Part shown: in pieces, positions 35,954 through 42,038 of the stretch
How the letters are laid out: each line of letters starts with the position of its first letter
How positions within the stretch are numbered: position 1 is the first letter of the stretch
From: Octopus bimaculoides
Taxonomy: Eukaryota
Assembly (NCBI RefSeq): GCF_001194135.2
Contig: NC_068982.1
Location: 12,310,631 to 12,352,668, forward strand
Direction of reading: 5' to 3'
Length of the DNA: 42,038 bases
The notes under the pieces: model-generated
What the model was told of the DNA's origin: nothing
The model's input: only the letters and a program-made list of their open reading frames with translations
The model's database searches: none
Made by a program: the position numbers and the translations under genes

Positions 35954-36173
35954 CCCTTTTGTTACCATATTTCTGTTGAGATGCTCTGTGTTTCAATCAA
36001 TTAATTTTAAATATAACAAAGAATTTAGTAAAATAACTTAGTTATCATTAAGCTAGTGTTAGGAACATAATTGTGACTAAGGTTTGGTGGAAGATTTTAA
36101 TTCAAAACTTATGAAAACAAGACATTTGTACTCAGAGCCAGAGCCGATTTCAGCCGGGTTGGTAGTGAAAGGG
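35954..36173 (-). mobile_element. piggyBac-like MITE (family P1), inverted copy of 16769-16990
   Basis: ATAA|CCCTTTTGTTACC ... GTGAAAGGG|TTCA; interior is the reverse complement of the first copy. Confidence 0.9.
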
Positions 36174-36529
36174 TTCAACTGCTGCTGACTATTATGATGT
36201 GAAAATATCTTTTTGATTTTTCCTTCAAAATATGTTTTATTTCAAGTATTATTAAATGAAAATTTCTTTGGAGTACTTGTAAAATGTACAATTGCCTTAG
36301 AAAGGCTGTCCTTGATCCTCAAGGTAGACAACAGAAAAAGAGGTTTGTTTCAGAAACTTTTAAAATATATTTACATGCTTTACACTTTCCAACCCAGAAT
36401 TTCTCACCTGACATCTTATCATACCACAAGAATAAAACACTACAATGGCTAAAAAGAAAGAAAATAATACAAACTCAAAACACACAACAAATAATACAAG
36501 AGGAAGAAGTAAATGGTCAATATAGTGGA

Positions 36530-36845
36530 CAATTGGTTTCAAAATTTGGCACAAGGCCAGCAATTTTTGAGGGGAGGGGTAAGTTGATTACATCAATCCT
36601 AGTACTCAACTGGTACTTATTTTATTCTTTTCCACTCAAGGCGCAAGGCCTGAAATTTTTGGGGAGGGGGCCAGTCGATTAGTTTGATCCCAGTATGCAA
36701 TTGGTACATAATTTATTGACCTCAAAAGGATGAAAGGCAAAGTTGACCTTGGCAGAATTTGAACTCAGAATGTAAGGATGGATGAAATGTTTCTTAGTAT
36801 TTAGTCCGGTATTTAACACTTCTGCCAGCTCACTGCCTTTATGGT
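36530..36845 (-). mobile_element. Two tandem family C SINEs (3' fragment 36530-36620, full copy 36640-36845)
   Basis: GCACAAGGCC..., GACCTTGGCAGAATTTGAACTCAGAA. Confidence 0.85.
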
Positions 36846-37412
36846 ATTGTGAACAAGTGAAGAAAATGTCCCAAATAATCAAAGAGATTTGAACTACATC
36901 AACGGTAACAATTACAACAACAGCAGTAGAAGTGACTCTTAAACAGTTTCAGATATTATGGCCCATTCATATGGCCCATTCATATGGCCACTGTACGATA
37001 ACAAATCTTCTCTCAACACTAAATTAATAAACAAAATTTTGGGGTCTATCATTGTTACAAGAAAGTAAAAATAAAGATGGGAGAATATTGTAACACACAA
37101 CAGTATTTTTTTGCCACAGTGAGTAATCCAGGAGAAGGTGAAGAGAGAAAAAAATCTGTTTATGAAAATACAAAAATAGACTACATCAATCCTCATGCCA
37201 AGTGGTACAACAAGAACTCCAGGGCATATTGGGAGAAATGATTTCAATTGAGAAAGGAAATAACCATGGCACTATTTGTTATACCTCTAAACCTGAAAAT
37301 ACAATCAAAACTACTAGCTAAAATTGTTAGACATACCTATAGATTTACATTTGTGCCCCAGTACACCACCACCATCACCACCACCACCACCACTACCACT
37401 ACCACCACCACC

Positions 37413-37694
37413 ATGTCACTCTGATGACAATAGGGATAACCTTTATGCTTGACTCTTGTAGCTGCCACATCTTAGCAATCTCAATTCTCAAGTCTCCATA
37501 TTTATCAACTTTTTCTTTTTCTTTCATGATGATATGTTGATCTCCTGGCACTGCTACGTCGACTATTAGGCACTCTTGTTTGTCCCTCCTAAAGGTTACT
37601 ATATCCAGCTTTTGGTGCTCTAACACCTTGTCTGTCTGGAAATCAAAGTCCCAGAGGAATTTTGCCTTCCCCTTTTCGTCCATTACCTTTTCTG
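37413..37694 (-). pseudogene. R4/Dong-clade RLE endonuclease fragment
   Basis: KFLWDFDFQTDKVLEHQKLDIV...CLIVDVAVPGDQHIIMKEKEKVDKYGDLRIEIAKMW; 5' end abuts (AAT)n. Confidence 0.85.
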
Positions 37695-37734
<40 letters not shown>

Positions 37735-37769
37735 GGAGGAGGAGGCGGAGGAGGCGGAGGAGGGGGGCA

Positions 37770-37975
37770 GTGCACTGGCAAAATTGTTACCATACTGAGC
37801 AGAATGCATAGCAGTGTTTCGTCTGTCTTTATGTTCTGAATTCAAATTCTACAGAAGTTGACTTTGCGTTTCATCTTTATAGGGATGATAAAATAAGTAC
37901 CAGTTAAGCACTGGGGTCGATATATCCAACTTACCCCTTCTCAGAAATTGCTGGCCTTGTGCCAAAATTTAAAAC

Positions 37976-37976
<1 letters not shown>
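37770..37976 (+). mobile_element. Family C SINE running into an (ATT)n tail
   Basis: GTTCTGAATTCAAATT...GGCCTTGTGCCAAAATTT. Confidence 0.85.
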
Positions 37977-38029
<53 letters not shown>

Positions 38030-38040
38030 CATTATCATCA

Positions 38041-38086
<46 letters not shown>

Positions 38087-38148
38087 CATTATCATCATCA
38101 TTATTATTATTATCATTATCATTATTATTATCGTTATCATCATCATCA

Positions 38149-38232
<84 letters not shown>
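37977..38232. repeat. Long (ATT)n/(ATC)n microsatellite, about 255 bp
   Basis: Visible. Confidence 0.95.
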
Positions 38233-38233
<1 letters not shown>

Positions 38234-38465
38234 GGCAGTGAATTGGCAGAATAATTAGTGAGTTGGACAAAATATGCTTAGCGGCATTTCTTCCAACTGT
38301 TTACATTCTGAGTTTGAATACTGCTAAGGTCATCTTTGCCTTTCATCTTTTTGAGGTCGATAAAATAAAGTATCCATCAAACTCTGACGGTTGATATAAT
38401 TGAATAACCTTCCCCCTAAAATTTCATGTCTTCTGCTTATGTTAAAAGCAATTATTATTATTATT
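38233..38465 (+). mobile_element. Family C SINE
   Basis: AAGGCAGTGAATTGGCAGAA...GCCTTTCATC...GGTCGATAAA. Confidence 0.8.
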
Positions 38466-41400
38466 ATTGATGACGATGATTTATATTCCTTACATTAATA
38501 TTGCTCAAAACTGCTTTTAAGTCATCATAAAGATATGAATTATAGATCATAATCATTACTGGATATGATTAAAAGCCATTCATGATAACTGGAGAAGACA
38601 GAGAAGAAAGGAATCAATATCAAGTGGCAGTGATATTTGACTTCAGAAATACAGAAATTTGAAAATCATTTGGCATTCATTCAGGTTCTTAGTTTTAGCA
38701 ACAACATTTTAGGGTTGTTGAGGGCGGTGGGGCTATTTTATTTTTTTCTGTTGCCTTTTTTTTCTGTCTTAATAATAGAAACCATTTTGTTCAATTTATA
38801 ATAAACTGCCTGAGTGTTTAATAAACTTTAATGAGTTATAAGTTTCCAGTTTTAAATGGAATAAATTTCAATTAATTCAAACATTATTTATTTTAGATTC
38901 AACAAATGAAACAAGACAAATTAATCACAAATTTATATCGACCAAGATATAAGAAATTCCTGGGAAAAAAGTAAAAATTGCTTGTTTCTGAGTTCCAACT
39001 TTTTTATGTTAGATATTGGTGAAGATAACTTTTATTCTGATGAAGAAAGATATATTTGAAAGAATATGAGTGCCTACATTTTAGATTTATTCAATCAATA
39101 TCCTTGACACAGATGGGACAAATTTGATGGCTACAATATCTTGATCAAAACCAAATAAATCTGCCGGATATTAGTTTGAAAACCAGAATCTCGTTTTATG
39201 GCAAAGTGAACTGGCAAAATGCCTGGAAAGAAAATAGGTCCAACCTAACTGTTCATGCTCTCGTGCAGATCAACCGATAGAATTGGATAAATATAAAAGA
39301 AAGAAAAAGATGATTGGTTGATGCTGTGGCATTTCATAAACTTGTCCTTCATTTTTTACTCCTGGAACAATACCAATTTGTTCAAAAGCTGCTGATTCTT
39401 ATAAATAAGAATTTTCTATAAAGTTGAAGGTATGTATCATTACTAACATAAATCAGCAATACAATTTTAATTCTTCATGCAGTAGAAAGGCCAAAGGTTA
39501 AATTTTATGCATGAAGTTCTGTATTTATAGATGGAATGTAAGACATTTTTTTTTATATATATCATTATTTCATACAAATTCTTCCAACACATATGTACAC
39601 ATATATAAAAAAAAACGTTATCTCTAGATGCTTCTTCATTGGCACCCTTATTATGCTAGAGATGTAAGGTTTTAGTTATGGATAGAATAGAATTTCGGGT
39701 ATAATTCAGCACTCTATACAAATTTGCTGCTACTATTGGAGAAATTTTATTACTGGTTTTCTTTTATGTCACAAAGGAAAACAGAAGCTTATGGCACTTA
39801 TGCAACAAATTTGAAGAGGGAGATGAGCAGCGAAGCTCATTCAATAAACGTAGTTGTTAATACTGAGAAAAACATAGGCATGCAGCTTTTTGCATTGCAG
39901 GTTTTCAATATTAAATAGGTGTGTTGTAATTGAATGAAGGTTTATAGCTATAGATCTTGTACTCCAAATATGCTCTAAGTGTTATTTCATTGCCATACAC
40001 AAAACAATTTACTTAATTTGCTTCACTTAACTAGATGGGAAATATGAGAAATAATTATACTCCTGGACAGAACTGTTGTTCCACTGATCTATTTTATGAA
40101 ATGTGAATACTACCTAAGATATTTATGATGGCTACGTTTCTTTATGATGTCTTGAGAATTTGTAGATATATTTACAAAAGAACAATAAAACATACCAAAG
40201 TAAGATGTTTTATGCTTTCACATGAAACTGAATCAAACTCAAAATGGATAAGAGGCAAGTTAGGTATGTTATCTTTCTCAAATAAATATTTCACCAATTC
40301 AAATATAGCAGCAGCTTGCTTTGCTAAATGAAATATAAAGTTGCTTCAGTGAAATGCAAGTTTTACATACAAATAATTACCAGATTTATTAAATTTTTGT
40401 ATAATCTTGAAAAATACAACTCACTGAAGAGGAAATTATCAAATTAAATTGCCTATAAGAAGACATAATTACCTCCATCTGGTATCATACTAGCAACTAA
40501 AAGATAGGTTAGGAGTGGTTGTGTGACTGTCTCTCTCTCTATATTGTTTGAGGAACTAGAGAAGAGATGGAGATAGGAATGAGTATAGGTATAAGGTTTA
40601 GGTTGGCTTCAAAAAGAAAATAAATAGAAATGTGTTATTAAAGCTTAAAGATAACAAACAGAAATAACAATTTCTAAATTTAAAACGTGTATTTATCACT
40701 CTATCTTTGTCTGTCAGTCTCTGCTGTGTCTATCTTTCTCTCCCTTTCTTTCTGCAATGTAGGTACTGACAGCAAGCAATACTGCAGACACTAAATCATT
40801 TTCTAGTATATATCAGTAACAAAATACATACATACCAATGAAAACAAATATTTTTTAATAATATATGAGCCAAATCATGCATATTCATGAGCAAATCTAT
40901 AATTTATACATTTTTTAATAAAATGTTATATGTACAGAGAAAACAAAAATATAATCAAACGAACATCAACTGAAGCAGAATAAGAGTTAATTTATAAGCA
41001 ATTTATAAATCAACAACTTTTCTTCTGATGAGAAACGAAAAATAAAAAAGAAATAATATTGAAAAAAATAAAAAAATATTATGAACAGCTTCTTTAGTTT
41101 TAAGCAAAAGGGCATTAGTTGTAAATATTTTGTTAACATTTAAAATGAGATGGTTGTAACAACAGGAGTGGTGTTAAAACTGCATATATTATACAGTCAT
41201 GCTTACATACATACATACATACATGCATACGTATGATTAGTGCTATAAAACTTTGCTCAGAGTTCTCTGCAGTTGTTACAGTTTTGATGAAGTAGGTTTG
41301 ATGGATAATATGGTGAAATATCTGACAAGGATTGGAGCTAATGTTTGGTAATTGATAGCCATTAAAGAGGAATATTGAAATGTAAGATGTTAATGATATT

Positions 41401-41479
41401 AAATGGGATAGGTGAGAATATGGCTACCTATAGTGTTTGAGTAAAACTGGTTGAGATCAAGTTCTGAAATGAATTCGTC

Positions 41480-41532
41480 AGAGATGTATTGATAATGAGT
41501 ATATATGTATATATATATATATNNNNNNNNNN

Positions 41533-41568
<36 letters not shown>

Positions 41569-42038
41569 CATACATATATATAATAGTACATAAGGAATAT
41601 ACATATACATACATATATATAAACATGTGTATCTATATATGTGTATATATGTAATATATACATTATATATGTTTATATATATATATGCTTGTATGTGTGT
41701 ATATATGTATATATATATTTTTTCTCCAATTTTTTTTTTCCGTGTTTTTCTCCTTGTTTTCTCCGTATTCTTTCTGTTGAAGATGATGATGATGATATAT
41801 ATATAGTTTTAGAGGAAAGAACCAAAGTTCATGAACTAATCCATGAAGATCCACAGTCTTCTCTAAAACTATATATATTTTATACTGTGAAACTTAATTT
41901 AATTTTAATTTTCAATAAATTGAATTTAATTGAGTTTTTACCTGTAAATTTGGATTTTTAGCCTTAATAATATTATTATTATTATTATTATTATCATCAT
42001 TATTATTATTATTATTATTATTATAATATATATATATA
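41480..42038. repeat. Terminal (TA)/(CA)/(ATT) microsatellite block
   Basis: Visible. Confidence 0.85.

Noticed and set aside
39036-41040. CTGATGA motifs at 39036 and 41025 followed by GAAA
   Set aside because: No stem II or stem III can form; expected by chance in AT-rich DNA.
41806-41814. GTTTTAGAG, matching the start of type II-A CRISPR repeats
   Set aside because: A single 9-mer in a eukaryotic context with no repeat-spacer array.

Overview
AT-rich eukaryotic genomic scaffold with 10 N-gaps (about 4.1 kb in total). The microsatellite load and repeat families look like an Octopus genome (inference from recalled repeat sequences). I cannot support any host protein-coding exon. The long ORFs in the track are N-runs, microsatellites or transposon debris, so this is probably a large intron or intergenic DNA. 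It contains many tRNA-derived SINEs (at least 4 families), RTE-LINE remnants, three R4/Dong-type (RLE endonuclease) remnants beside (AAT)n tracts, Tc1/mariner remnants, piggyBac-like MITEs, and a hAT element nested in a mariner MITE. Most interesting: (1) minimal hammerhead ribozyme folds with variant cores, at 21616-21657 (+, compensatory U3-A8 core) and 6110-6149 (-, one extra core nucleotide), plus two tandem 'stretched' hammerhead-like cassettes on the minus strand of the same putative Penelope-like element; (2) a cluster of snap-back palindromes and nested inverted duplications between about 6.5 and 15.5 kb that would form long dsRNA if transcribed.
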